64,000 nt of DNA, from the NCBI GenBank assembly GCA_965214095.1, contig OZ243938.1, positions 2,624,001 through 2,688,000 on the forward strand, written 5' to 3'. Each line of letters opens with the position of its first letter. Position 1 is the first letter of the stretch. The position numbers were made by a program, and so were the translations under genes. A model generated the notes under the pieces. The model was not told the DNA's origin, did not search any database, and worked only from the letters and a program-made list of their open reading frames with translations. Below, in pieces: positions 42,744 through 53,292 of the stretch. This DNA is from Candidatus Poribacteria bacterium. GTDB taxonomy: Bacteria > Poribacteria > WGA-4E > WGA-3G.

Positions 42744-43313
42744 ATGGACGTAAAGGATGCAATTATCTCAAGACGATCCGTTTTCAAATTTAAACAGGAA
42801 CCTGTGCCTAACGATGTAATTGAAAAAATCTTCAGTTACGGGATATGGGCACCGAACCATCACGTCACTGAACCGTGGCGGTTTACCGTCATCGGTGAGA
42901 AAACGAAACTGATTCTCGCACAACGGTACCGAGAAATCAAGATGGAGGACACACCAGATCACGTTGATGCCGAGAATCTTGCAAAGATCGGTCAATTGGC
43001 TTACGAGAAATTTATGTCCAAGCCAACGATTATCGCTGTGTCCTGCATACAAGATGGAGACGAACAACGTCAACGCGAAGACTATGCAGCTGCCTGTTGT
43101 GCGATGCAGAATGTCCAACTTGCTGCATGGGATGCAGGAGTCGGTATGCAGTGGAGCACCGGCAGAATTACGATGGAACAGCAGACCTATAAGTTGCTTG
43201 GGATTGATTCATCACAGGAATACATCATTGGCTTTTTCTATACCGGTTATCCCGCAGAGATTAAAGAACCGAAACGGAAACCTGCAGCTGAGTTTATCCG
43301 GTGGGTCGCCTAA
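42744..43313 (+). CDS. Nitroreductase family protein (YdjA/YfhC-like)
   Basis: AIISRRSV, WAPNHHVTEPWRF, AMQNVQLAAW..GVGMQWST, FYTGYP. Confidence 0.92.
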   Translation: MDVKDAIISRRSVFKFKQEPVPNDVIEKIFSYGIWAPNHHVTEPWRFTVIGEKTKLILAQRYREIKMEDTPDHVDAENLAKIGQLAYEKFMSKPTIIAVSCIQDGDEQRQREDYAAACCAMQNVQLAAWDAGVGMQWSTGRITMEQQTYKLLGIDSSQEYIIGFFYTGYPAEIKEPKRKPAAEFIRWVA

Positions 43314-44146
43314 ATAGATAGTTGATAAGCAGCCTTGGCATTTTGCCAGAAGTATTTCTCGCTGACCTCATCGCCTTTTTCGCTGAAGTAGTCATCAACA
43401 ATCTTTTGCACGATCTTATATTGAGCAAAACGTTCTGATACGGGCCAATTGCTCCCGTAGATGAGTCTGTCTTCTCCAAATGCATTCCACAAAACATCAA
43501 TTGTTGGTGTGTAGTAAGCAACGTTTTCAGGGGCAGGTGTTTGTCCTGTATGCTCCGCTAATCCTGATACTTTGCAGTAGACTTTCGGATAACGGGCAGC
43601 TTCCTGTATCGCAGAAACCCATGCGGTATCCGGTGGGTTGCCATCAACGCGAACACCTGCGATATGGTTAATCACAACCCGCATTGTCGGTATGTGTTCA
43701 ACCAGAGCAGGTAGATTCTTTAATGCATCAGGATTTATGAGCAGGTCTAAGGTTAGTTCCTTCTCTGCTAATTTCTCAATGTTCTTTACGAGGTTAGCAT
43801 CGCTAAGTGCTTGTAGGTGACCACCACCGAGACGTATTCCTCTGAAAAGCGGATTGGCGGAAAGCCGATTCAGGTTATCTTCAAAATCATCATCGTTAGG
43901 GTTTAGGTTTCCAACGAATCCAACGATAAAAGGTTCATTTGCCGCAAGATCGAGGATCCATTGGTTATCTTCAACCCATTTGCTCGCTTCAACGACTACA
44001 GTCCCTGTTACGCCTTCAGGAACTGCAAGTTTTTTGTAATCATCCGGCATCACCGTGCGGTAAAGTAGTTCATCATTGGGGTTCGGCCACGGCACACCTT
44101 CGGGGCGCGTCGGGTCGTAAAAATGCGTATGTGTGTCAATTATCAT
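43310..44146 (-). CDS. Amidohydrolase_2 family protein (sugar-lactonase-like)
   Basis: IIDTHTHFYD, VVVEAS, VINHIA, YCKVSG, LIYGSNWPV. Confidence 0.9.
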   Translation of the reverse strand: MIIDTHTHFYDPTRPEGVPWPNPNDELLYRTVMPDDYKKLAVPEGVTGTVVVEASKWVEDNQWILDLAANEPFIVGFVGNLNPNDDDFEDNLNRLSANPLFRGIRLGGGHLQALSDANLVKNIEKLAEKELTLDLLINPDALKNLPALVEHIPTMRVVINHIAGVRVDGNPPDTAWVSAIQEAARYPKVYCKVSGLAEHTGQTPAPENVAYYTPTIDVLWNAFGEDRLIYGSNWPVSERFAQYKIVQKIVDDYFSEKGDEVSEKYFWQNAKAAYQLSI

Positions 44147-44992
44147 CAGTACTCCTTAGGAAGTTGTAACTATAAGCATCTTATTGTTGTCTTGTTTGTT
44201 TTCTTGTCTGGTTTATTATCCAGTTGTTCAACACCTGATGAAGTACAACAGCAACAGAGAGAACTCAAACGTGAAGCGTTGAAACTTGAAATGGGACAGG
44301 AACTCAATCCACTTGATCCCGAGGGACATGTTGCTTTAGGAAAAATCTATCATCAATTGGGTGAACATGAGAAAGCAATAACAACGTTTCAAACAGCAAT
44401 TGCTCTTGACGAAAATCATGAGCATGCCTATAATAATTTAGGTTTAGTTTATGTTGATATGCGTCTGTTTATCCTTGCGATAGAAATGTTTCGTGGTGCG
44501 CTGGAAATCGCGCCAGAAAACCCCGCCTTCTATAACAATCTCGGTTATGCTTACGACATGTCAGATAGATTTGATGAGGCACTGCAGGCATATCAAAATG
44601 CTTTGGATGCGGACTCAACTTTTGTAGATACCTATTACAACCTTGCGGATGCCTATCTCAACAAAGAATCATACCAAGAGGCTATTCAGTATTATAAGTC
44701 AGGCATAGAACTGGATGGCGGTGATGCTACAGTGCATTTCAATCTTGGTCTTGCTTATGAAGAGACCGGTGAAGTGCTCAGTGCTATCCAATCTTATGAA
44801 AAGGGTGTCTCTCTGGATTCCGATGAAATAGAAGCATATTATCGTCTTGTGCTTGCCTATCAGAAAAAAGGTGATAATGTCATGATGAGTCGTTATTTGG
44901 ATATGTTTCTCAAAAAAGCTAAAGGTATACCACGCTTTGAAAAACAGTATCTTACTGCTAAACAGATGCTTCAAACTATGGGAGACAGATAA
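44123..44992 (+). CDS. TPR lipoprotein (start uncertain)
   Basis: Lipobox LLSSC; six TPRs (AYNNLG, FYNNLG, TYYNLA, VHFNLG). The ATG overlaps the divergent amidohydrolase start. Confidence 0.82.
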   Translation: MRMCVNYHQYSLGSCNYKHLIVVLFVFLSGLLSSCSTPDEVQQQQRELKREALKLEMGQELNPLDPEGHVALGKIYHQLGEHEKAITTFQTAIALDENHEHAYNNLGLVYVDMRLFILAIEMFRGALEIAPENPAFYNNLGYAYDMSDRFDEALQAYQNALDADSTFVDTYYNLADAYLNKESYQEAIQYYKSGIELDGGDATVHFNLGLAYEETGEVLSAIQSYEKGVSLDSDEIEAYYRLVLAYQKKGDNVMMSRYLDMFLKKAKGIPRFEKQYLTAKQMLQTMGDR

Positions 44993-45027
44993 ATTAAAAA
45001 GTGTGCTTGCCTCCTGCCAGTTTTATT

Positions 45028-46518
45028 CTAAAGGATATATCTGCTCAAGTCTTGATCTTTGACGATTTCCGCCAATTCACCACGGACATAATCTGCGTCA
45101 ATAGTAACGCTTTTCTTCTCAAGATCTGGGGCATCAAAGAACAGATTTTCAAACAACTTTTCCATGATAGTGTGTAGCCGTCTGGCACCGATGTCTTCCA
45201 CAGATTCGTTGACCTGAAAAGCGAGTGCAGCGATTTCATCAATCGCATCATCTGTGATTTTGGCTTTAATCCCTTCAGTTTTGAGTAGTGCGGTATATTG
45301 CTTGACTAAAGCGTTTTTCGGTTCAGTTAAGATAGACTTGAAGTCGCTTTGATTGAGGCTTTTTAGTTCAACACGAATAGGAAATCTCCCTTGAAGTTCA
45401 GGGATTAGGTCTGATGGATTAGAGACGTGAAAAGCACCCGCAGCGATGAATAGGACGTGATGCGTGCGGACAGAACCGTATTTTGTTGCTATGGTACTCC
45501 CTTCAATAATAGGAAGGATGTCTCGTTGTACTCCTTCGCGCGACACATCGGGTCCCTGTCGAGATTCGCGTCCAGCGATTTTGTCTATTTCATCTAAGAA
45601 GACGATACCGGTATTTTCGACGCGTTCAATCGCATCATTGATGACAGCGTCCATGTCAATTAGTTTTTCTGCTTCCTCTTGCATCAGGATTTGTCGTGCT
45701 TCGGACACCTTCACACGTCGTTTCTTCGTTTGATTCGGAAGTATGTTGCTGAACATATCTTTGAAGTTAATGTCCATTTCTTCAATCCCACCCGGTGAAA
45801 AGATCTCTACAAATGGCATACTCCGCGATTTCATGTTGATTTCAACTTCGTTATCTTCAAATTCCCCATCCTTTAGCCGTTTACGTAACTTTTCGCGTGT
45901 TTTTTGGTGTCGTTCTCGTTGTTCATCTAAAGCCTCATTTTGCTTTACATTCACTTCTATATCAAAGGGCAATTCAATTGCTTCATCTTCGTCTATATCT
46001 AAATCAATGTCTTCATCTATATCAAAATCATCATCTGTATTATCCGTTGGTTGATTCTTTAGTGCGCGTGGCATTGGGAATAAGCAGTCTAACAGCCGTT
46101 CTTCGGTTGATTCTAAGGCTTTTTCTTCAACGACGACGGTTTGTTCGGCTTTCACACGGCTGACCGAAATCTCTGTTAGGTCGCGGATCATTGATTCAAC
46201 ATCACGACCGACATAGCCGATTTCTGTATATTTTGATGCTTCAACCTTGATGAATGGTGCCTCTACGAGGCGCGCCAGTCTCCGTGCGATTTCTGTTTTG
46301 CCGACACCCGTAGAACCGATCATGATGATATTTTTGGGAGCAACTTCATCTTGCATATCATCAGCAAGCATCTGTCTACGTGCTCGGTTACGCAGAGCAA
46401 TAGCGACACTTCTTTTTGCCTCAAATTGACCGATGATATATTTATCAAGTTCTTCAACGATCTGGCGTGGGGTTAGCGAATCTGCTAAAGTTTTTGTTTC
46501 AACAGTTTTTTTCTCCAA
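45028..46518 (-). CDS. hslU: ATP-dependent protease ATPase subunit HslU
   Basis: TTG start with AGGAGG; [59 protein letters not shown]. Confidence 0.97.
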   Translation of the reverse strand: MEKKTVETKTLADSLTPRQIVEELDKYIIGQFEAKRSVAIALRNRARRQMLADDMQDEVAPKNIIMIGSTGVGKTEIARRLARLVEAPFIKVEASKYTEIGYVGRDVESMIRDLTEISVSRVKAEQTVVVEEKALESTEERLLDCLFPMPRALKNQPTDNTDDDFDIDEDIDLDIDEDEAIELPFDIEVNVKQNEALDEQRERHQKTREKLRKRLKDGEFEDNEVEINMKSRSMPFVEIFSPGGIEEMDINFKDMFSNILPNQTKKRRVKVSEARQILMQEEAEKLIDMDAVINDAIERVENTGIVFLDEIDKIAGRESRQGPDVSREGVQRDILPIIEGSTIATKYGSVRTHHVLFIAAGAFHVSNPSDLIPELQGRFPIRVELKSLNQSDFKSILTEPKNALVKQYTALLKTEGIKAKITDDAIDEIAALAFQVNESVEDIGARRLHTIMEKLFENLFFDAPDLEKKSVTIDADYVRGELAEIVKDQDLSRYIL

Positions 46519-46592
46519 AGTGACCTCCTAAAAGACATGAGACACACGCATTTGTGTCATAGTCAAGTAACAAGTAATCTATAGGTTCTAAT

Positions 46593-47156
46593 CTATTCTC
46601 CAGTTTCAATTGATTCTATTTCAACCTGTGCGTTTGTATAAATGCAGATTTCACTGGTAATCCGTAATGCTTCAGCGACGATCTCGGTAGCGTTGAGTTC
46701 TGTGTATTTTAGCAAAGCTCTGGAAGCTGCAAGTGCAACAGAACCGCCAGAGCCGATAGCCAGTACATCATCGTCAGGTATGATGAGGTCTCCATTACCT
46801 GAGATTAGATAACCGTCTTTTGCATCAACTGCGATCATCAAAGCGTCTGCGCGTCTAAGAATGCGGTCACTTCGCCAATCTCTTGCGAGTTCTACGGCAG
46901 CTTTTTGAAGGTTGCCGCGGTATTGTTCCAGTTTTTTCTCCAAATTTTCATATAGGGTAAGCGCGTCTGAAGCAGAACCTGCGAATCCGATAAGTACACT
47001 ATCCTGATATATCTTCCGTATTTTCCGTGCGCTGTGTTTGATGGCTGTATCCCCTAAAGTGACTTGACCATCTCCACCGATAGCGGTTTGTCCGTTTCTG
47101 CGGACAGCTAATATTGTAGTTGAACGCATTCTTTTCTTTTCAAGTAAATCTGCCAT
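46593..47156 (-). CDS. hslV: ATP-dependent protease subunit HslV
   Basis: Short propeptide then TTILAVRR, GDGQVTLG, GFAGS, AIGSGG, ICIYTN. Confidence 0.97.
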   Translation of the reverse strand: MADLLEKKRMRSTTILAVRRNGQTAIGGDGQVTLGDTAIKHSARKIRKIYQDSVLIGFAGSASDALTLYENLEKKLEQYRGNLQKAAVELARDWRSDRILRRADALMIAVDAKDGYLISGNGDLIIPDDDVLAIGSGGSVALAASRALLKYTELNATEIVAEALRITSEICIYTNAQVEIESIETGE

Positions 47157-47230
47157 ATTTTTTTTTCTAACTAATAGAATCTCCTAAGTAATTCCACAAA
47201 CTAAAAGTTTGTGTTTCAATAGTGCCCAAA

Positions 47231-47920
47231 TTATATGTAGATTTTCCACGAGACGAAATAACTTAAAAACATCACTATTCCCATGAAAAGACCACACCTT
47301 ATCCCCGCGATTAGAGGATGTTGTTTCCGATGAAAGTAGTAAGGCAATAAGGTAAAGGTAAGCAAGAATGTAATTGGCATAAAAATAGGGACTGATGCGA
47401 TGTGTGGTATATTTTCAACCCTCAGTTGGTTCCATATCCATAGTTCTTTTCCAAGTCCGTACATCGTAACGCTCCCAATAGATGCTACAATCCCTGTTAT
47501 CCCCGAAGCAATAAAATGGTGCAGCCCGGACATTTGAAGTCTTTGGTAGCAGTAAACAGTTAACGTTGCCAGAATAACCCATGTCAGTATTAAACCGATC
47601 GGTGTGGTCACGTTTCCCAAAAAATCTGAGCTGCGATAGATGATAAAACGTACTTTTTTTGAAAATAACCAGTCCATCGGTAGATATGTTGCGGTTGCTG
47701 AAAGCCCGAATAAGACACTTTCCCAGAGTATGCCTTCATCACGTTCCGGATGTCTGTAGATAAGATAACCTAACCAACCGATTGCAAGCAGCAGATTCGG
47801 ATAGAGTAACCAGATAGTGCGAATTCCTGCTGCCCTAATTGGTAATAGAAACACTAATAAGAACGTTAATATTGTGGTTAAGGCTACAGTGAATACGGCT
47901 TTATCTGTTTTGAGACTCAT
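47231..47920 (-). CDS. Integral membrane protein of unknown function (about 7 TM)
   Basis: Alternating hydrophobic helices; co-oriented between the ArsA-like gene and hslV. Confidence 0.7.
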   Translation of the reverse strand: MSLKTDKAVFTVALTTILTFLLVFLLPIRAAGIRTIWLLYPNLLLAIGWLGYLIYRHPERDEGILWESVLFGLSATATYLPMDWLFSKKVRFIIYRSSDFLGNVTTPIGLILTWVILATLTVYCYQRLQMSGLHHFIASGITGIVASIGSVTMYGLGKELWIWNQLRVENIPHIASVPIFMPITFLLTFTLLPYYFHRKQHPLIAGIRCGLFMGIVMFLSYFVSWKIYI

Positions 47921-47965
47921 TAGTTTGTTATTGCGGAAATTGAGACGTGAAACTTTAAGAATAGT

Positions 47966-49144
47966 TTATTGGAAAGTGATGATGAGCTGATTACCAGTAA
48001 GTTTTGCTCCGGTAGTTTTAGTGCTTGATAAACTTCGTGGTAGCGCGACATGACGTTTAAATCCTCCAATAGTGACGATCAACTCATCTCCATGTTTTGT
48101 TAGATGTACCTCTTGTTTTGTGAGAAATGGAAGTTGCATGGTCAGTTGGTAATTATCATTGACTTTCGTGAACTGATATGGTTTCTGTTCTGAAAATCTA
48201 TCGGCTGGATCAATATCAGGATAGAGGAGATCACCCAACTTACGGAGTCCTAGTTCACCAACAATCTGATCGTCAAATAGATTCACTTTCCAAATCGGTA
48301 CACCCGAAAAATAGTTTTCTGCTTCCTCTATATACTTTTGTTGCGTTTGTTTCCAGATTTCAAAAAACTTTTCCTCAACACCTTCTGGGAAGATACGATT
48401 GATAATGACAGCGTCAATACATAATCCATATAGGCAAAAGTACATAAAGGCGCGTTGTGTCTCTTTTATTACTATTTTTTCTGGATTTGTCACAAGCCGT
48501 ACAGTAGTTATATTAGGATCAGTCAGGACTGTATCAATTCCTTCAAGTTTATCAAAGAGTTGTTTGATATTTTGGAAGTATGCATCCTTTGGTATTGGGA
48601 CAGAACTGATAGTTTCTATTATGGGGCCGGCAATTTTTGCCATGTTGCGTTCTAATTTGAAGATGCGATTCATATACCATTCAAGTGTAGTTGGAATGCT
48701 AACAAATCTAAGAGATTCACCCGTTGGGGCACAATCGAGGATAATAACATCATAAGTATTTTCACGGACGTACTGATTGATGTAGAGCAATGCGCAGATT
48801 TCTTCCATTCCCGGAAACACAGCAATCTCCTCTGCCACCAGACTTTCCAGTCCAGAACGGTTCAGCAAAGACCGGATGTAGTTGTAGACTTCATCCCAGT
48901 ATTCAACAATCGCTTCTTGAACGTTTATTTCCTGAATCCATAGGTTTTCATTGATCTGTATCCGTTTTTCGTCTGCTTGTGCGATGAGTATGTCTTCTCT
49001 GTCAAAGGAATCACGTAGGGAATGTGCCACGTCAAGTGATATGACGATGGTTTTATATCCAAGTGAAGCCAGTTTTATTCCTGTTGCTGCGGAGATAGTC
49101 GTTTTTCCAACTCCGCCTTTGCCTGTGTAAAATATGAGTCGCAC
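47966..49144 (-). CDS. ArsA/GET3-family ATPase with C-terminal HSP20-like domain
   Basis: TGKGGVGKTT, SLDVAHSL, FPGMEE, LDCAPTG, LVTNPE; C-terminal LPF...GDELIVTIGGFKRHVALP. Confidence 0.92.
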   Translation of the reverse strand: MRLIFYTGKGGVGKTTISAATGIKLASLGYKTIVISLDVAHSLRDSFDREDILIAQADEKRIQINENLWIQEINVQEAIVEYWDEVYNYIRSLLNRSGLESLVAEEIAVFPGMEEICALLYINQYVRENTYDVIILDCAPTGESLRFVSIPTTLEWYMNRIFKLERNMAKIAGPIIETISSVPIPKDAYFQNIKQLFDKLEGIDTVLTDPNITTVRLVTNPEKIVIKETQRAFMYFCLYGLCIDAVIINRIFPEGVEEKFFEIWKQTQQKYIEEAENYFSGVPIWKVNLFDDQIVGELGLRKLGDLLYPDIDPADRFSEQKPYQFTKVNDNYQLTMQLPFLTKQEVHLTKHGDELIVTIGGFKRHVALPRSLSSTKTTGAKLTGNQLIITFQ

Positions 49145-49275
49145 TTTTTAATCCTACTTATTTGTATATTGTTGTTAAGTATATCTTATATTTTGGTGGT
49201 ATGCAAAGGATTGTTTCTGAATTGCGGAAGGGGAGGAATGAACGGATCGATGCAGAATCTTATGCCATTTCTTAG

Positions 49276-49429
49276 AAATAACGTGAGTTTAAGATTTAAT
49301 TCAATAACCGCTGTAGGATAGATTGAGGCACAAACCCCGCCAAGACCTATAATGAGCAAATGTTGGGTTTCGTGTTTCAACCCCTAACCTATAGATATTT
49401 TGGGATGAGTTCTCAAACTTACGTTATTT
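49276..49429. mobile_element. MITE-like element: 19-bp TIRs enclosing an inverted GTAG-REP pair
   Basis: aaataacgtgagtttaaga / tctcaaacttacgttattt (17/19 match) around gtaggatagattgaggcacaaacccc ... gggtttcgtgtttcaacccctaacctat. Confidence 0.75.
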
Positions 49430-49450
49430 TAGGTTTAACTATAAGTGTCC

Positions 49451-52400
49451 TTAGGGTAGCGTATAGACACCCCATCGCACTTTAGCGATTTCACCTGTAT
49501 CAACGAGCCGTCCAAGTTCATTTTTTATTGCTTTTGGATGTCCTTCAATGGCTTCAATAAATTCTGCGGTTCTTTTATCTCCATCAGAAAGGAGGGTGAT
49601 AATTTGCTCCTTGAAAGGAATACGGAGAGGTCTTCCACCTCGAAGTTTTTGTAGGATACGGTTTGCTTGTCTGGATGAGCATCCCAAAATATGTTCCACA
49701 TGTTCTCTGTCAGATTCACCCGTTAGATTACCTCTTTCTGTCTCAAATTGTTCACGTGTTGCTATCACTTCAGGCAGTTTTTCAAGCCCACCTGCAACTT
49801 CAAAGTCTTCCCAGTCGAAAAAGAGTGTCTCAGGTCTGTCTGTGATTTGCGGCAGGAACATACTTGAGATTAATACGATTCTTTTGTTAGGGAATGTGTT
49901 TAACTTAGTGAGTTGGACAAAGCGAGAGAGAATTGGAATGATACTTTGCTCATATACACTTTGAACCCGTTCGTCTATATATTGCACTGAATTTGCGTCT
50001 TTTTCATAGGAGAGGGGTTCCTTGTCGTTCCCGAACAATATCTGTGATCGTCGCCATATTAGTTTTTCAGAGAGCGTTGGTGTTCCAATTATCCAAACGA
50101 CATGCGACTCTTCTAATGTGGATTTCATACCTTTAGGAATATCAAAATCAACGACGCGACAGACATTTTCTTTCTTTTCGAGATCTGACAACCGAGCAGC
50201 GATTGCCTTATAAGTAAGAATAGTATGCTTAATACTGGTGTCTCTATCTATTTCAGTACAGATACCTTGGAAAAAGCGTTGCGCAGTTTCGGACAATCCG
50301 ATGACATCCCAATTACTGTTGTAATCTAAGATAGTATCTCGTGGGTAGTTGCCTGTTCGGATCTGAAAAACCTTGTTTTCAGGGAGCCAAGGTGTTGGTT
50401 CGGTATAGCGTACTTCTATATTCTTATTTGGGAACGCCCGTCGGAGATGTTGATCAGAGAGAGTTACAGACATCAGCATGAGTCTTTTGACGGCTGGATG
50501 CAAAACTGGAGGCACCCAGAATCTTAGTGTTTTTCCGTTCCATCGTATCGGTGCGTCGGCATCCCGTGTATAATATGCAAAGAAACTATTGAGTTGATGC
50601 CAAAACGTCCAGTTTAGGTTTGAATTGATCGTCTGTAATTTCTGAATATCTTCAACGGTATCTATGTTAAAAATCCCCAATTCAATAGCCTTTGTTATTG
50701 ACATTCTGATTCTAATGTCTTCGTTAATCACAGATGAATCCACTTTGAACACGTTAATTCCTTTATCTGTGAGTATATTTGAGGCTTTCTTGTCATGTGG
50801 AATATATGCAGTAGCCCCTCCTTCAAATTTGATGCTAAAACGTGCTAATTGTGTGCCGGTATCAGGGTCAACATAACCGCGCGGTACAACTCTACCCCAG
50901 ACAATGACTTGACACACCTGTCTTAAAAGTCTTTTATGCTGCCATTCGAAAGCGCGCATCACTGCTCGTATGCGTTTCACAGCATCTGCATGAGGTATAT
51001 CCTTAATCTCAACAGCATGAAGTAAGGCTTTGGCAAAGTCTCCTAATGCACTACCTTGCCAGTTGACACTCCATTCCTGCAGAACTTTCTTTGTCAATAT
51101 ACATTCAGGAAATAGTTTGTAGGCTTTTATTCTGTCAAGGATGCAAAGTCTTTCAGTGTCATCCATCTGTTTGAGGATTTCATCTGCAGTTTCTGTGTGT
51201 TGTGGATCAAAAAACAGTTCAGGAAGTGCTAATATTTGTGTCTTAGCGCGATTTAATGAGGCGGGTTGTGATAAAAAACCGCGTTGTTGACAATCCGTAT
51301 AAACAGGACACTGCGGACAGATAGTTTCACTGGCATTACCACCCTTTTCCTCAAGGGCATCACATCTTTCAGGGTCTTCGCATACATTACCAAGTTGAAA
51401 AGGGTTCGTCATGCGAACATCAATCGGTATCTGTTTGACCTGCTCCCACAGGTACATTCGTGGTTTTCAGCGTTCAAACAGCGTAAGTTTCTGATTTTGA
51501 TAGTGATTCTCTAACTCCTCAGCATACTTGTAGGTTGGAACGTTTAAACAGGTTGATTCACTGGCGGAGATAAAGGATTCTGCATCTGTATTCACCTCTG
51601 TGTCTTCCTCGGAAATTAGTGCCAGAATATGGTCAGCCTGATTAAATATGTTCTGATTCTGAAGGTTACCGTTATTGTGCGTACCGTTTATCCGACTTGT
51701 TTGCTCAGGTTTTTGCAACACGGGATTGGATCTTTTTATTGCGAGTGGACTAAGTTTTCCCTCTCGAATACTGAGTATTTTATCGGAGATAGGTATACTC
51801 GCGGGTGATTTAATTGGCACAATTCCTGTATCAACCCAAATATCTGTTATAGGTGTTGATGTTATGGGTATTCCAGTTTCATGGGTTGAGGCGCGTAACC
51901 ATACTGTTCCTTCATCTTCCCATAGTGAGATGTAGTGGTTATCAATTCCACTGTGTGGTAAGGTCCAGCGGTAGTTCTCTTCTTCTTGTCCAATATAAGA
52001 AAATCCTCTTTTAATAAGAGTTTCTTTCGCGAGATCAAGATTCTGTGAACCGAGGGAATCAGGTATTTCGTGGGTAATTGGCTTTTCAATAATTTTTTGC
52101 GGCGCGGGTTCATGAAGTGACACTCGAAGAGCATCAATGGGGGCAAAAACGACTTCCTTAGCGATAATAGGTGGGTCTAACAAACTGCCTTGCAGAATTT
52201 CATAGCGTGCATCCCATCTACTATAATCCTTTTCTCCGTTGATTTCAAGGTATACATCAAGGTTCTCAGGGGCATCGGAAGTCGGTGTGTGCTTATGGAT
52301 ATATAGTTTGGAGGAGTCGGTATTTGGATGCAAGTAGTCCGGTATCCTGCAAGAAAACCGAATGCCTCCAGATTTTGTTATTGTCAATAGTGAGTTGGGA

Positions 52401-52849
52401 ACTGCATTCGCGAGTGTATCAATGCAAGTATGAACTGCCTCAGGTTCGGAGCAAATGAGACTATATGTAAAATGGAAATCGTGCCAATTTGCCCCATCTA
52501 GTTCGGAGGGTGCACCGGTATACACTTGAATTCCCCATGATTCGTGCCATCGCCTTATGTCCCAGTCTTTAATTCCTTGGCGTTTTAGGAAGCGTTCTCC
52601 TCCCAATTCCCTGGGGCCATTATCGTTGCCAGGTCCGCGTCCTATAGGCATAAACGATATGTGTGCTGCTTCTAAGTTCGCGAGTAAAACAGGATATTTA
52701 TATGCACAATGTGTTGTCAGATGATAAGGGAAACCAATGTTGTAAAGGGCAGGTGATACCACTGTCTGACGTTGAAGCAATGGTTTTTTGTTTCGTTCAT
52801 GGCATCGTTGAATAATGTCTTCAAAAGAAATCATAATATCAATTAGCAT
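49451..52849 (-). pseudogene. Large Prim-Pol-like / SF2-helicase-like / wHTH gene interrupted by one in-frame TGA (51467-51469)
   Basis: ORFs 51467..52888 and 49451..51457 are in the same frame, 9 nt apart (FER*KPRMYLW). N-part WGIQVYTG..WHDFHF..TITKSGGIRF resembles bifunctional primase-polymerase; middle has VPTYKYAEE, four Cys, CILDR, LMSVTL; C-terminal winged HTH (LGRLVDTGEIAKVRWGVY). Confidence 0.65.
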
Positions 52850-52888
52850 GTTTTGAAAACCGCGTCTCCTAACAAACAAGATTCTCAA

Positions 52889-53027
52889 TTATAGTAAAAA
52901 CCATAATTATTTACACACTACGGTAGGTTCAATTTCCTAACCGAACCGGTGTTTGTTCAGCCGCATAGATGCGATTAGGAAACCGTATCTGCCGGAGAGT
53001 GTGCACATATTTTACATTTCACTATAA
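52889..53027. mobile_element. MITE-like element enclosing an inverted REP pair
   Basis: ttatagtaaaaaccataattatttacacact / agtgtgcacatattttacatttcactataa around gtaggttcaatttcctaaccgaaccg ... gatgcgattaggaaaccgtatctgcc. Confidence 0.72.
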
Positions 53028-53101
53028 ATTAAAATAATATTACGAAGTGTACCACAAATTTTCTTTATAATCAATATTTTTTTTATTTTATTGTAGTCTT
53101 A

Positions 53102-53234
53102 TTATGGTAAAGTATGAAAAAAAATTATACACGCCACTGTAGGAGCGATCTCCGAATCTCGACTTAACTCAGTGATAATCGGGGTTCCCTCCTACATATC
53201 CAAAATGCATAAACAATTCAAGAATCTACGATAG
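53102..53234. mobile_element. MITE-like element enclosing a degenerate REP pair
   Basis: Left end ttatggtaaagtatgaaaaaaaattatacac resembles the ends at 1576/1678 and 52889; core gtaggagcgatctccga ... atcggggttccctcctac (53139-53195). Confidence 0.62.
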
Positions 53235-53292
53235 TTAGAAAATCTAATATCAAAAAGGTTGTGGTAGTTAACAATGTAATGTGAATTATATT

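Noticed and set aside
47195-47213. cacaaactaaaagtttgtg hairpin upstream of hslV as a heat-shock operator
   Set aside because: Does not match CIRCE (TTAGCACTC-N9-GAGTGCTAA); more likely a REP remnant, too short to support.
47966-49144. Arsenic-resistance arsA
   Set aside because: Single ATPase domain with HSP20-like tail and no arsB/C/D/R neighbours.
51467-51469. TGA reassigned to Trp (code 4) or selenocysteine
   Set aside because: TGA terminates pilD and the serine hydrolase normally; no Cys-motif context or evident SECIS.
49451-52888. Prophage or integrated plasmid
   Set aside because: No integrase, structural genes or att-like direct repeats seen around the gene.
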